Source: Candidatus Uhrbacteria bacterium RIFOXYB12_FULL_58_10 (GTDB lineage: Bacteria > Patescibacteriota > Patescibacteriia > UBA9934 > GWF2-40-263). Taken from it: DNA of 59,257 bases. Under the pieces are notes generated by a model. That model ran no database searches, was not told the origin of the DNA, and saw only the letters and a program-made list of their open reading frames with translations. The stretch's first letter is position 1. Each line of letters starts with the position of its first letter. Below, in pieces: positions 18,286 through 27,402 of this stretch. Location: the NCBI GenBank assembly GCA_943359455.1, contig CALRHL010000003.1, forward strand, positions 1 to 59,257, read 5' to 3'. The position numbers and the translations under genes were made by a program.

Positions 18286-19209
18286 ATGCTCGTCTCTTTG
18301 AAGCACATTCTCGAAAAAGCACATCGCGGTCACTACGCGGTGGGAGCATTTAATATCAATAATCTGGAAACACTCCAAGCGGTGATGGCGGCGGCGGAAG
18401 AAGAGCAATCTCCTGTCATTGTCCAAACAAGCGAAGGGGCGATTCAGTATGCGGGGATGGAGGAAATTGGAGCGCTTGTACATTTGGCGGCGAGAAAAAC
18501 AAAATTGCCAGTCGTGTTTCATTTGGATCATGGGAAAAATTATGACCTCGTCGTCGAGGCGATCCAGTCCGGATTGTACACGAGCGTGATGTTTGATGGC
18601 TCTTCTCTTCCCTATGCAGAAAACATTGCGGCGACAAAGCGGATTGTGAAGATGGCGCATGCGAAAAAAATTTCTGTGGAAGCGGAACTTGGAGCGATAG
18701 CCGGGATTGAAGATTTTGTTTCGGTTGAAGAACGTGATGCGCATTTCACCGATCCGCAAGAAGCAGTTGAGTTTGTCCGAAAAACAGGATGCGATGCGCT
18801 CGCGGTTGCGATCGGAACAAGCCACGGTCCGTTTAAGTTTAAAGGTGAATCACGACTTGATTTTGCTCGACTGAAAAAAATTCGCGAGGCGGTCGGTGTC
18901 CCACTCGTTCTCCATGGCGCGTCCGGAGTTCCAACGAACATCAAAAAACTCTGTACGAAATTCGGCTGTGAAATAGCTGCTGCGAAAGGTGTTTCTGATT
19001 CTTCGATTAAAAAAGCTGTCTCACTTGGAATCAACAAGGTCAATGTGGATACAGATTTACGCATTGCCTTTGATGCGGGTATCCGTAAATTTCTCCACGA
19101 TCGACCAGAAGTCATCGACCCACGCGAAATTCTGAAACCTGCCGTTGCGCTGATGACAAAAGTGATTCGCCAAAAGATGAAACTTCTTGGATGTTCGGGT
19201 AAAGGGTAG
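18286..19209 (+). CDS. fba: class II fructose-bisphosphate aldolase
   Basis: The start is at ATG 18286 (MLVSLKHILEKAHRGHYAVGAFNINN). HLDHG and LVLHGASG motifs are present. Confidence 0.9.
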   Translation: MLVSLKHILEKAHRGHYAVGAFNINNLETLQAVMAAAEEEQSPVIVQTSEGAIQYAGMEEIGALVHLAARKTKLPVVFHLDHGKNYDLVVEAIQSGLYTSVMFDGSSLPYAENIAATKRIVKMAHAKKISVEAELGAIAGIEDFVSVEERDAHFTDPQEAVEFVRKTGCDALAVAIGTSHGPFKFKGESRLDFARLKKIREAVGVPLVLHGASGVPTNIKKLCTKFGCEIAAAKGVSDSSIKKAVSLGINKVNVDTDLRIAFDAGIRKFLHDRPEVIDPREILKPAVALMTKVIRQKMKLLGCSGKG

Positions 19210-19244
19210 AGACCTCGATAAGCAATCTGGTATACTATTCACGT

Positions 19245-20213
19245 ATGTTTGATGTCATCACGATCGGCGCAGGTGTGAAAGACGTTCTTCTTCTTTCCAA
19301 AGAGTTTCGGTTTATCGAATCATCTCAGTTTGAAACCGGAATCGGTGAATGTGTTTCGCTTGGAACGAAAATTGAACTGGATCACATTGTTCACTCAACA
19401 GGAGGAGGAGCAACAAATGCGGCGGCAACGTTTGCTCGTCTTGGATTTCGGACGTCGACCATTTGTCGTGTGGGCGACGACGCGGCTGGTCGTGATCTGA
19501 TCATTGATTTGCAACGCGAAGGGATTAACACAACGATGATCGTCCGAGTCGCCGGCGGAGCAACAGGATACTCGACTTTGCTCACCGCTCCTTCTGGTGA
19601 ACGGACGGTCTTATTGTATCGCGGTGTTTCCGGACAATTTTCAACAAAAGATATTCCCTGGGACACATGTGCGGCAAAATGGATTTACATCACCTCTCTT
19701 GGAGGAAACTTAGACCTGACAAAAAAGCTGGCAACATGGGCAACAAAATGCGGGATTCAAGTTGCGTGGAACCCTGGGACAAAAGAGATTGCAAAAGGGG
19801 TTGTGCATTTGCGTCCAACCCTCAAGCATGTTCGCGTGCTCACCATCAACCGCGAAGAAGCGGAAAAATTCACCGGTGAAAAATCGCTTCCAAATATGTT
19901 TAAGGCTATGGCAACAATCGGTAATTTTGTCATTATCACCGATGGTGTAAACGGAGCGTATATCCATCAAAACGGCATGACCTTTTTTTCTCCAGGAACC
20001 GGTGTACACTCAAAATCCCAAACCGGGGCTGGCGACGCGTTCGGTTCTGGTTTCGTTGCAGGCATGATGAAAACAAACAATCTCAAAACCGCATTCGCGA
20101 TTGCTATCTTGAATGCAGAATCTGTGATTCAACAGATCGGAGCAAAAGCCGGCTTACTCCGCCGCTGGCCAACAGCAAAACAAATCGCGAAGGTAAAAAT
20201 CAAGGCATTATGA
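19245..20213 (+). CDS. PfkB-family carbohydrate kinase (second copy)
   Basis: 322 aa with the signature TGAGDAFGSGFVAGM. Confidence 0.8.
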   Translation: MFDVITIGAGVKDVLLLSKEFRFIESSQFETGIGECVSLGTKIELDHIVHSTGGGATNAAATFARLGFRTSTICRVGDDAAGRDLIIDLQREGINTTMIVRVAGGATGYSTLLTAPSGERTVLLYRGVSGQFSTKDIPWDTCAAKWIYITSLGGNLDLTKKLATWATKCGIQVAWNPGTKEIAKGVVHLRPTLKHVRVLTINREEAEKFTGEKSLPNMFKAMATIGNFVIITDGVNGAYIHQNGMTFFSPGTGVHSKSQTGAGDAFGSGFVAGMMKTNNLKTAFAIAILNAESVIQQIGAKAGLLRRWPTAKQIAKVKIKAL

Positions 20214-21184
20214 AATTGCGAGTCTTTGTCACGCGTCCGATTCCGGATGCAGGTCTCAATCTTCTCAGACGTGCTAAACATGTTCTTCTTGATATTTACG
20301 AGCATGACAAAATGATCCCGCGGAAGGAACTGCTTCGTCGGGTGAAAGGATCGACAGCGATTCTTTCGATCCTGACAGACAAGATCGATAAACAGGTTAT
20401 GGATGCAGCTGGAGCTTCGCTCAAAATTATTGCAAATTATGCCGTTGGTTTTGATAATATTGATCTGAAAGAAGCGGCGAAGCATGGGATTGTTGTGACG
20501 AACACGCCCGGACCGGAAATTGCGGAATCGGTTGCAGAGCATACGATCGCTCTTATCTTTGCGCTTGCCCATCGCATTGCCGAGGCCGATCGATTCACTC
20601 GAGCAGGAAAATATCACGGGTGGGGGCCTCAAATGCTCCTTGGAACGGATGTGATTGGAAAAACGGTTGGGATTATTGGAACAGGTTCGATCGGTACAGG
20701 GGTTGTGAATCGTTTGTACGACGGATTTGGAGTAAAGATTATCTACACAGACCTTACTCGACATCCAGACATTGAAAAAAGAGATCTTGCGAAATATTGC
20801 ACACTCCCACAACTTCTTAAAGAAGCAGATTTCGTGTCCCTTCACGTTCCCCTGCTTCCTTCAACACGCCACTTGATAGGAACGAAGGAATTAAAGATGA
20901 TGAAAAAGACCGCGTATCTTGTGAATACGTCACGCGGACCGATCATTGATGAACGTGCGCTGATTACGGCTCTAGAGAAAAAACAAATCGCTGGCGCAGG
21001 GATCGATGTCTACGAACACGAACCAAATATTCCACTGGCACTGCGCAAACTTCCAAATGTCATTCTCACACCACACACGGCGAGTGCGACGATTGAGACA
21101 AGACAATCGATGTCGCGTCGTGCAGCAGAAAATATCCTCGCGTTTCTGAATGGAAAAATACCACCCAACGCGATCAAGCAATAA
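20210..21184 (+). CDS. D-isomer-specific 2-hydroxyacid dehydrogenase (glyoxylate/hydroxypyruvate reductase-like)
   Basis: 324 aa with the NAD-binding motif GIIGTGSIGTGV and NTSRGPIIDE. It overlaps the upstream kinase gene by 4 nt. Confidence 0.85.
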   Translation: MKLRVFVTRPIPDAGLNLLRRAKHVLLDIYEHDKMIPRKELLRRVKGSTAILSILTDKIDKQVMDAAGASLKIIANYAVGFDNIDLKEAAKHGIVVTNTPGPEIAESVAEHTIALIFALAHRIAEADRFTRAGKYHGWGPQMLLGTDVIGKTVGIIGTGSIGTGVVNRLYDGFGVKIIYTDLTRHPDIEKRDLAKYCTLPQLLKEADFVSLHVPLLPSTRHLIGTKELKMMKKTAYLVNTSRGPIIDERALITALEKKQIAGAGIDVYEHEPNIPLALRKLPNVILTPHTASATIETRQSMSRRAAENILAFLNGKIPPNAIKQ

Positions 21185-21203
21185 AAAGAACGGAGTAGGC
21201 GTA

Positions 21204-22676
21204 CTACTCCGTTTTGAATTCTTCTTGCAGACGCTCGATCGTCGATGGGGCGGTCAGCATCGGATACACTCCGAGGTATTTCTGCACGTAATCAATCGAT
21301 TCTGAATGGAGTTTCACACACGTTCCGGAATACCACTCCGCCTCCGTGCACGCTTGGAGCGCCGCATTCGCACGAGTTGCTTTTCCATTGTATCCAGCCG
21401 CAGAGTAAAGGCCAAACAGTAATGCCTGCTTGGGCAACTCGACTCGATTCGTTTTCGACAGCGGGCGCAACTCTTCGTCGAGATGCAGATACGCGTATCG
21501 GATGGACGCGAGATGGTCCGTGACTGTGTCGCGGTAAACGGGAATGTTCGCTTCCGGATACCACTTGCGCAAATTCTCGAAGGTGTCGCGATCGTCTGTA
21601 TCGACAATCTGGAGGACCCCGCGACCATTTGCGGAACTGACGCGCCAGTCGAACGTATTCTCACGGTTTGCACCGAACATCACGAGAACAGAATTCAATT
21701 CGCGAAGTCGATCGAGGTCAGAACCTTTCGAACCGAACGGATGACTGTTTCCAATGTTCTCGATGATCCCAATCGTGAACACTGTCATCGCTGGAATCAC
21801 ATCTGGGATGAGATCCGATGTACGAAACTTGGACGTGGTGTTGCTTGCAACCAACTGATCACGACCCGTTGTCACTGCCTCCCACCAATAGTCGAGACCA
21901 CGCTCACGAAGCTCAGGAATATTGAGCTCGTCTGTGTATGGCGTGAATACAGCTGCTTCCGTTTGTCCGTTGTATGTTTTCACAACGGTTCGAATCGCAA
22001 GCACCGTCTGACCTGGCGGATGAGACACATCGAGCACGGGGTTCGTTCCACAAGAACGTTCGTATCTTGCTGCGTATTCAAGGACATTCACCTTGTACCC
22101 TTCCGGTACCGACTCCCGCTCTTGATACGCCTCAACAAACGTCATGTCTCCATCTTTGTCTGACACAACGAGCAAATAGTCGCACACACATTGTGGTTGT
22201 CCATCTCCTCGACCACCACACTGCTCAACATCGAGTTTGCGACTCGCAAGCATTTGCTGTGCCATTGGAATGAGCTCGACAACGTTTGCTGGAACCGTTT
22301 CAAGTCTCCGTGGTCCCGGAGGAAGCAGTGGACTGTCTTCGCTCGCAATCGTTGCTGGCCGTTCCGTAATGGGTGGAACAGGTTCTACAGACGATTGCTC
22401 AAACCACGGCCAGGGTGGAATCACATCGAATGATGCTGCGACCGTTCCTCCAAACAACAGTGCGTAGAAAAGAACGCGTACAGGAATCGAAGTCGTCACA
22501 CGCAGCTTTTCTGTCACAACCGTGAGTGCATAGAAAGACCCGATGGCAATCACACTGACCATCGTGAGACTCGCTACCAGTTGCCACCCAGACTGTGGCC
22601 AGACAACAACAAGCATGTTCGCAACAGCCAACGTCCAAATGACGAATGGCACAAAAACATTGAGAAGCAACGCCAT
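21204..22676 (-). CDS. membrane-anchored protein with C-terminal lytic-transglycosylase-like region (tentative)
   Basis: 490 aa with N-terminal TM segments. ENTFDWRVSSANGRGVLQI resembles the SLT E..S..GA.GLMQ motif, and AAGYNGK resembles AYNAG. The gene is GC-richer than its neighbours. Confidence 0.45.
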   Translation of the reverse strand: MALLLNVFVPFVIWTLAVANMLVVVWPQSGWQLVASLTMVSVIAIGSFYALTVVTEKLRVTTSIPVRVLFYALLFGGTVAASFDVIPPWPWFEQSSVEPVPPITERPATIASEDSPLLPPGPRRLETVPANVVELIPMAQQMLASRKLDVEQCGGRGDGQPQCVCDYLLVVSDKDGDMTFVEAYQERESVPEGYKVNVLEYAARYERSCGTNPVLDVSHPPGQTVLAIRTVVKTYNGQTEAAVFTPYTDELNIPELRERGLDYWWEAVTTGRDQLVASNTTSKFRTSDLIPDVIPAMTVFTIGIIENIGNSHPFGSKGSDLDRLRELNSVLVMFGANRENTFDWRVSSANGRGVLQIVDTDDRDTFENLRKWYPEANIPVYRDTVTDHLASIRYAYLHLDEELRPLSKTNRVELPKQALLFGLYSAAGYNGKATRANAALQACTEAEWYSGTCVKLHSESIDYVQKYLGVYPMLTAPSTIERLQEEFKTE

Positions 22677-22783
22677 GAAACCCCTTTGTCCAGCACCCTA
22701 TGCGCTGGAGGGGTTATTCTAGTCCAAATCTTGCCCTCCGTCAACCGTTCTGGTACGATACCCGCGGTTTTCTCCCATGATAT

Positions 22784-22859
22784 GGGCCGTTAGCTCAGTT
22801 GGTAGAGCACTGCCTTTGCAAGGCAGGGGTCTAGGGTTCGAGTCCCTAACGGTCCACCA
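22784..22859 (+). tRNA. tRNA-Ala(UGC), CCA encoded
   Basis: The cloverleaf was folded by eye. The acceptor stem gggccgt/acggtcc includes the G3:U70 identity pair, and the anticodon loop is ctttgcaag. Confidence 0.9.
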
Positions 22860-22923
22860 TTCGACTACATTTGTGCTTTCACAAATGTAGTCGAATGTCC
22901 TGAGCGAGCAAAGCGAGTCGAAG
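22858..22923. repeat. 18-bp perfect hairpin abutting the tRNA-Ala 3' end, plus a solo copy of the ctgagcgagcaaagcgagtcgaag repeat
   Basis: cattcgactacatttgtg (22858-22875) pairs with cacaaatgtagtcgaatg (22880-22897). It is followed by the 24-mer at 22900-22923, identical to 9357-9380. Confidence 0.8.
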
Positions 22924-22986
22924 GGCCCAGGTTGTAAGTAACCGCTCATGGTCTTCGACCACCAAAATTGCTATACTTTCGTTGTT

Positions 22987-24309
22987 ATGCGAAAGTTTTT
23001 TGTTTTTATCATTCTTTCATCCATTCTGGGTATTTCAGCATCCCCTGCATCCGCTTCCCATCCACAAACAGTGACGGTGCGCTTGCTTTCAGCAGATTTG
23101 GCAGAGCTCTCCTCCTTTCAAGTCCCAACCGCAAATGCGATAAGTGGGGTGAGCATAGCAACGGGGGATCTTGGCACAGATGGAATTGATGAGATTATTG
23201 TCGGCAACGGGCTTGGAAACGAACCACGTGTTCATGCGTATCGAACAGATGGATCAGAAATAGGGTCATTTCTTGCTTACGATGCGAGCATGGGTGTCGG
23301 AGTTCATGTTGCTGTTTGTGATCTCGATGGCGATAACGTCAACGAAATCATTACGGTCCCCGACCGAGGCGGTTCCCCGCACGTCCGTGTGTTTAACAAC
23401 TTTGGAGCACTCATTGATCCTGGTTTTTTTGCCTACGACTCAACTCTCACAACAGGTGTGAATCTTGCCTGTGGTGATCTCAACGCAGATGGATCAGATG
23501 AACTCGTCACACTTCCTTCGGCGGGTGCAGGATCTCATGTCCGAATTTGGAATCGACGAGATGGCACGATGAAACTCTCACGAGAATTTTTTGTGTTCAA
23601 TGGAGATGACCTCCGCGGACTTGTCGGCACGATTCATGATGAACATCTGCGCGTGAGTGCACAACTTGGATCTGATCACACAACATTCACCTACAAGTTA
23701 TCCACAGATGTTTCACTTGTATCAACTATTTCATCTACCACCGATGCAGATACACACACAGGAATGTTTTCAAATGGTGAACGAACATATATCACAACGA
23801 CTAACGGACAGATGATCGATGTCGATACATTCATCACATCATCCGTCGTTGCTCCTTTCGGAGCGATCACTGCTTGTGCACTCATGGGAAGCACAGCAAC
23901 GATTGTCATCGCGGATGCGCGACCAATCGCTGGTGGTTTTGTGGAAGAAAAATCCATTCTGATTGATCTCTCTGAACAACGTTTATATGCCTACAAAAAT
24001 GGCTTACTTGACAACAGTTTTCTCGTTTCTACGGCGCGTTCTCCTTGGAAAACGCCAATAGGAAATCACACGGTGCTTGCAAAAGTTCCTCTCGTTCATT
24101 ACGCAGGAGGAACGGGTGCAGACGCATACGATCTTGGATGGATTCCATACAACTTGCGTTTCTATCCACACATTTATATTCACTACGCCCCATGGCATAA
24201 TAATTTTGGTCACGTGATGAGTCATGGATGTGTGAATGTAAATTTAGAAAATATTAAATGGATTTACGATTGGGCGGAAGAAAATATTTCTGTAGATGTA
24301 CAAGAATAA
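22987..24309 (+). CDS. secreted FG-GAP/VCBS-repeat protein with C-terminal YkuD L,D-transpeptidase domain
   Basis: The start is ATG 22987 (MRKFFVFIILSS signal peptide). Repeats include CDLDGDNVNEII and GDLNADGSDELV. The catalytic motif is SHGCVNV. Confidence 0.8.
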   Translation: MRKFFVFIILSSILGISASPASASHPQTVTVRLLSADLAELSSFQVPTANAISGVSIATGDLGTDGIDEIIVGNGLGNEPRVHAYRTDGSEIGSFLAYDASMGVGVHVAVCDLDGDNVNEIITVPDRGGSPHVRVFNNFGALIDPGFFAYDSTLTTGVNLACGDLNADGSDELVTLPSAGAGSHVRIWNRRDGTMKLSREFFVFNGDDLRGLVGTIHDEHLRVSAQLGSDHTTFTYKLSTDVSLVSTISSTTDADTHTGMFSNGERTYITTTNGQMIDVDTFITSSVVAPFGAITACALMGSTATIVIADARPIAGGFVEEKSILIDLSEQRLYAYKNGLLDNSFLVSTARSPWKTPIGNHTVLAKVPLVHYAGGTGADAYDLGWIPYNLRFYPHIYIHYAPWHNNFGHVMSHGCVNVNLENIKWIYDWAEENISVDVQE

Positions 24310-24314
24310 TTTTC

Positions 24315-24343
24315 TTGTTGCTTTATTTTTTTTCTTGTATACT
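24315..24343 (+). promoter_or_regulatory. candidate sigma-70 promoter (TTGTTG-17-TATACT)
   Basis: The hexamers lie at 24315-24320 and 24338-24343 with a 17-nt spacer, about 100 nt upstream of the small basic ORF. Confidence 0.4.
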
Positions 24344-24445
24344 AGTAGTAATCGTCCATCACACTTCCGCTCGTGCGGATCGCGTCTGTGATAACGAGCG
24401 CAATTTCGAAAAAATATTTTTAAAATGAAAGGGGGTGTAGATTTT

Positions 24446-24517
24446 ATGGCAGCTAAGAAAAAGGCAAAGAAGGCAGCTCCAAAAAAGAAAGCCGCAGCAA
24501 AAAAGAAGCGCGCTTAA
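24446..24517 (+). CDS. 23-aa Lys/Ala-rich basic peptide (MAAKKKAKKAAPKKKAAAKKKRA)
   Basis: The ATG is preceded by GGGGGTG 8 nt upstream and followed immediately by a strong terminator. It is below the ORF-track size cutoff. Confidence 0.4.
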   Translation: MAAKKKAKKAAPKKKAAAKKKRA

Positions 24518-24526
24518 GTGACGCGT

Positions 24527-24561
24527 AAAAATTCCCCGCGACGCGTTCGGGGAATTTTTTT
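24527..24561. terminator. bidirectional rho-independent terminator
   Basis: The 12-bp stem aaaaattccccg/cggggaattttt is flanked by an A-run on one side and a T-run on the other. It sits between convergent genes. Confidence 0.8.
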
Positions 24562-25837
24562 ATATCAGGGTTGACTGTTGTAGACGATCGTTGTCTGAAA
24601 AAATTCTTACGGTTCCAAATATTCCGTCGTATCCTGGATTGATCTGCAGACGACCTTCGCGTATTCGATTAATCGCCTCTGCGACAGCTGGATGACTGGA
24701 TTCTTTTACAATCTGTTCGATCGGAGCTTCAAGAAGAATAAAAAACTCTGTTCCAACACGGTCCGTTAATCGTTGATATTCTGCGCACACCTTCTTTGAT
24801 GCCATCCCGACACCAAAAGCTTCGGCAATGACTGTTTTCAAAGGAACAATAGACTGATGGGAAGGGACTAAAGTCCCTTTGAAAGATTGATTCATAGGGA
24901 CTTTAGTCCCATCTCGATCTGCGAGCTGTTGTACGCGGTATTCAACCCCAAGTGTCAACAACTTTTTACATTTCGGACAACGTAGACCTATACGCTTTGA
25001 CTCACGAGGTGAGCAGGAAAAGTGACAATTTGCGCATCCATCAAAATGGTACTTCCCTTCTTCTGGAAAAAACTCAATCGTGGATAGAAATTTTGATCGA
25101 TCTTTTTCGTGTAAGACTCGTATGAATTCATCGTAACTGATCGTATCCAAATCAAACACATTTGCTTCACGTCCAAGTTTATCGCAAGAATGCGCGTCTG
25201 AATTAGAAATGAGCATCACTTGATCAAGTGCAGACACCTGCCAATTCATTTTCGGATCTGACGAAAGCCCTGTCTCGATCGCGTAAATGTATTTTGTCAT
25301 TTCACCAAAACATTCTTCAAGCGAGTCGAATCCAGATTTTGATCCAAACACCGAATACCACGGTGTCCATGCATGTGCTGGGATGAGAATGATCCGCTCG
25401 TCAATCGACTTCAAAATTTTATACAGCTCCTCTGAATCCAAACCAAAAATCGGCCGTCCATCCGACTTCCGATTCAATCCACGTCGATCCAACTCTGCAT
25501 TCACCTTCGCGCACGTTTCAAGCGAAGGAGAAAAAATAAGATTATGAATCCTCCGTGTCCTATCACCCTTCTTATATATCTGCGAAACCTCCGTCACCAG
25601 CATGAACCTTACCTTTCGGCCTAAAGCCTCCCGGCCTTTCAAAACATATATCCCTTCCTCACGCTCCACCAAATTCTCCCTCAAATGTTCAAACCACCCT
25701 GGATGTGTCCAATCCCCTGTCGCCGCCACATCAATCCCTTTCCGCTGACACATCGCTGCAATCTTCGGCAACTCCAAATCCTTCGAGCACGCCCGAGAAA
25801 ATTTCGAGTGAATATGCCAATCTGTTATAAGTCGCAT
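24560..25837 (-). CDS. PHP-domain endonuclease Q-like protein (TIGR00375-like)
   Basis: 425 aa with the PHP motifs DWHIHSKFSRACS and TGDWTHPGW, plus a Cys4 zinc finger CANCHF...CPKCKK. Confidence 0.65.
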   Translation of the reverse strand: MRLITDWHIHSKFSRACSKDLELPKIAAMCQRKGIDVAATGDWTHPGWFEHLRENLVEREEGIYVLKGREALGRKVRFMLVTEVSQIYKKGDRTRRIHNLIFSPSLETCAKVNAELDRRGLNRKSDGRPIFGLDSEELYKILKSIDERIILIPAHAWTPWYSVFGSKSGFDSLEECFGEMTKYIYAIETGLSSDPKMNWQVSALDQVMLISNSDAHSCDKLGREANVFDLDTISYDEFIRVLHEKDRSKFLSTIEFFPEEGKYHFDGCANCHFSCSPRESKRIGLRCPKCKKLLTLGVEYRVQQLADRDGTKVPMNQSFKGTLVPSHQSIVPLKTVIAEAFGVGMASKKVCAEYQRLTDRVGTEFFILLEAPIEQIVKESSHPAVAEAINRIREGRLQINPGYDGIFGTVRIFSDNDRLQQSTLI

Positions 25838-26373
25838 ACATGGCGAACGATCGTCTTGTGATCAACCGTATCAAAATCTGTTGTATCTACGATGATTGTC
25901 CGAGCTTTGAGTGGAAGTGGGATAAAACTTTTGTTGAAGAACCGTTCGTCAAACTCTGCGAGAACTTCTTCAAGAGCGTCATTATGTCCAGGATGTCGTA
26001 CGGTATTTGAACGTAAGATAAACCGCTCTCGGGCAACATGTGGATCTGTGGTCAGCCAAATCTGTACAAGATCCACTCCGTACCGCTGTGTTAACTCATG
26101 CAACCAATCCGCATCTGACAACCAAAGAAACGTTGCGTCTGCAATCACAGAGTCGCCGCGCTGCAAATGTAACTCGATACAGTCGCGAAATGCAGAAAAC
26201 GCAACGCGTCCGATTTCCTTTGACCACGCACGGTCACGATATCCAACCAAATCAAATAATGCTTCTTTCATTTCATCAAGCGAAACACGAGCGAACCCAG
26301 TTTCTTTGGCAATCATCGATGAGATCGTTGATTTACCTGTCGCCAGTGAACCACCAACAACAATAAGCTTCAT
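25825..26373 (-). CDS. P-loop kinase / AAA-family ATPase
   Basis: 182 aa with the Walker A motif GGSLATGKST. It overlaps the downstream gene by 13 nt. Confidence 0.6.
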   Translation of the reverse strand: MKLIVVGGSLATGKSTISSMIAKETGFARVSLDEMKEALFDLVGYRDRAWSKEIGRVAFSAFRDCIELHLQRGDSVIADATFLWLSDADWLHELTQRYGVDLVQIWLTTDPHVARERFILRSNTVRHPGHNDALEEVLAEFDERFFNKSFIPLPLKARTIIVDTTDFDTVDHKTIVRHVCDL

Positions 26374-26381
26374 AAAAATAC

Positions 26382-26439
26382 GTAAAAAGTAAAATGTAAA
26401 AAGGAAGGAATTCCTAACTTTTTACCTTTTACTTTTTAC
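26382..26439. repeat. cargo-less copy of the gtaaaaagtaaaa hairpin
   Basis: The sequence is gtaaaaagtaaaatgtaaaaagg aaggaattcctaac tttttaccttttactttttac. The apex contains the palindrome ggaattcc. The right arm supplies the last codons (VKSKR-stop) of gene 26422-27180. Confidence 0.8.
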
Positions 26440-27180
26440 ATTCTGGTAAATCTCTTCTGCAATCTTAAACTCCTCAGGGGTATTCACTCCAATCGATTCC
26501 TCAGGACGAATTTCTGATCCAGCGATTTCGTGTCCTTGCGTCACAGCCAGTTCAACAAGATCGGTAAGATAATATTCCCCTTTTGCATTCAAATTTTTAA
26601 GCTGAGAAATATTTTCCCAGAGCCACTTCGCATCAAAACAAAATAGAGCAGGATTGACTTCGCGAATCTGTTGCTCTGATTCCATCGCATCCTTATATTC
26701 GCGAATTCCCATAATATGGCCATGCAGATCTCGCAACACACGACCCCAGTGCAAAAAAATTCCATACCAATCATCAAAGGACGGAACAACAGTCGTCATC
26801 ATTGTGAGAACCGTCTGACTGTCTACGTGAATTTTTGTGAGACGTCGAAGCGCGTCTGGTGATACAAACGGATGATCCCCATACAAAACAATAACCGCAT
26901 CCGTTTCTCCGACGGCATCTTTTGCGCACATGACCGCATGCCCCGTTCCGAGTGGTTCCTCTTGAATTGCATAGTGGCATGTTTCCCCAAATGTCTCACA
27001 CACACCTTTTCCGTCAGAACTCACAACAACCACAGGAACACCGTCCACACCTGATTCAGTAATTGATTCAATCAGATGCTGTAAAATCGGCTTATTAGCA
27101 AGCGGCAGCAAAACCTTCGGTTTTTCCGATCCCATTCGCGTTCCTTTTCCTGCAGCTAAAATGACAGTTCGGAATTTCAC
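26422..27180 (-). CDS. sugar-phosphate nucleotidyltransferase (GlmU N-terminal-domain-like)
   Basis: 252 aa containing ILAAGKGTRMGS..KPKVLLPL. No left-handed-helix acetyltransferase domain is present. Confidence 0.8.
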   Translation of the reverse strand: MKFRTVILAAGKGTRMGSEKPKVLLPLANKPILQHLIESITESGVDGVPVVVVSSDGKGVCETFGETCHYAIQEEPLGTGHAVMCAKDAVGETDAVIVLYGDHPFVSPDALRRLTKIHVDSQTVLTMMTTVVPSFDDWYGIFLHWGRVLRDLHGHIMGIREYKDAMESEQQIREVNPALFCFDAKWLWENISQLKNLNAKGEYYLTDLVELAVTQGHEIAGSEIRPEESIGVNTPEEFKIAEEIYQNVKSKR

Positions 27181-27184
27181 ATTG

Positions 27185-27262
27185 GAGCTATTTAGCTTTT
27201 TAGCTATTTAGCTTGTTAGGAATCTCGCCTAAAAAGCTAAATAGCTAAACACCTAAAACTAG
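27185..27262. repeat. agctatttagctt tandem/inverted repeat hairpin
   Basis: The left arm 27199-27220 pairs with 27228-27249 around the loop aatctcg. A direct duplication of tagctatttagctt is also present. Confidence 0.7.
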
Positions 27263-27402
27263 CATCAGTTTACCCCCCAAACATCATCCAAGCAACCCCC
27301 ACAACAAACCCAAACGTAACGGCAAAGCCGTACTTTAGCACGACGCAAATCCAACATGTTTCCTCGTCCATAATGATCCCATTGTGCCTAAAAAAATGAC
27401 GC

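Noticed and set aside
18268-19115. Minus-strand ORFs of 185 and 167 aa
   Set aside because: They are antisense to the class II aldolase gene.
20129-20845. 238-aa minus-strand ORF
   Set aside because: It is antisense to the well-supported 2-hydroxyacid dehydrogenase gene.
22719-22949. 76-aa minus-strand ORF
   Set aside because: It is antisense to tRNA-Ala and the adjacent palindromes. The peptide WTVRDSNPRPLPCKGSALPTELTAH is the classic translation of a tRNA gene, so this is not a real CDS.
27270-27371. 33-aa hydrophobic ORF (MDEETCWICVVLKYGFAVTFGFVVGVAWMMFGG) on the minus strand
   Set aside because: It is plausible as a small membrane peptide, but it has no clear Shine-Dalgarno sequence and I cannot test conservation. 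Not called.
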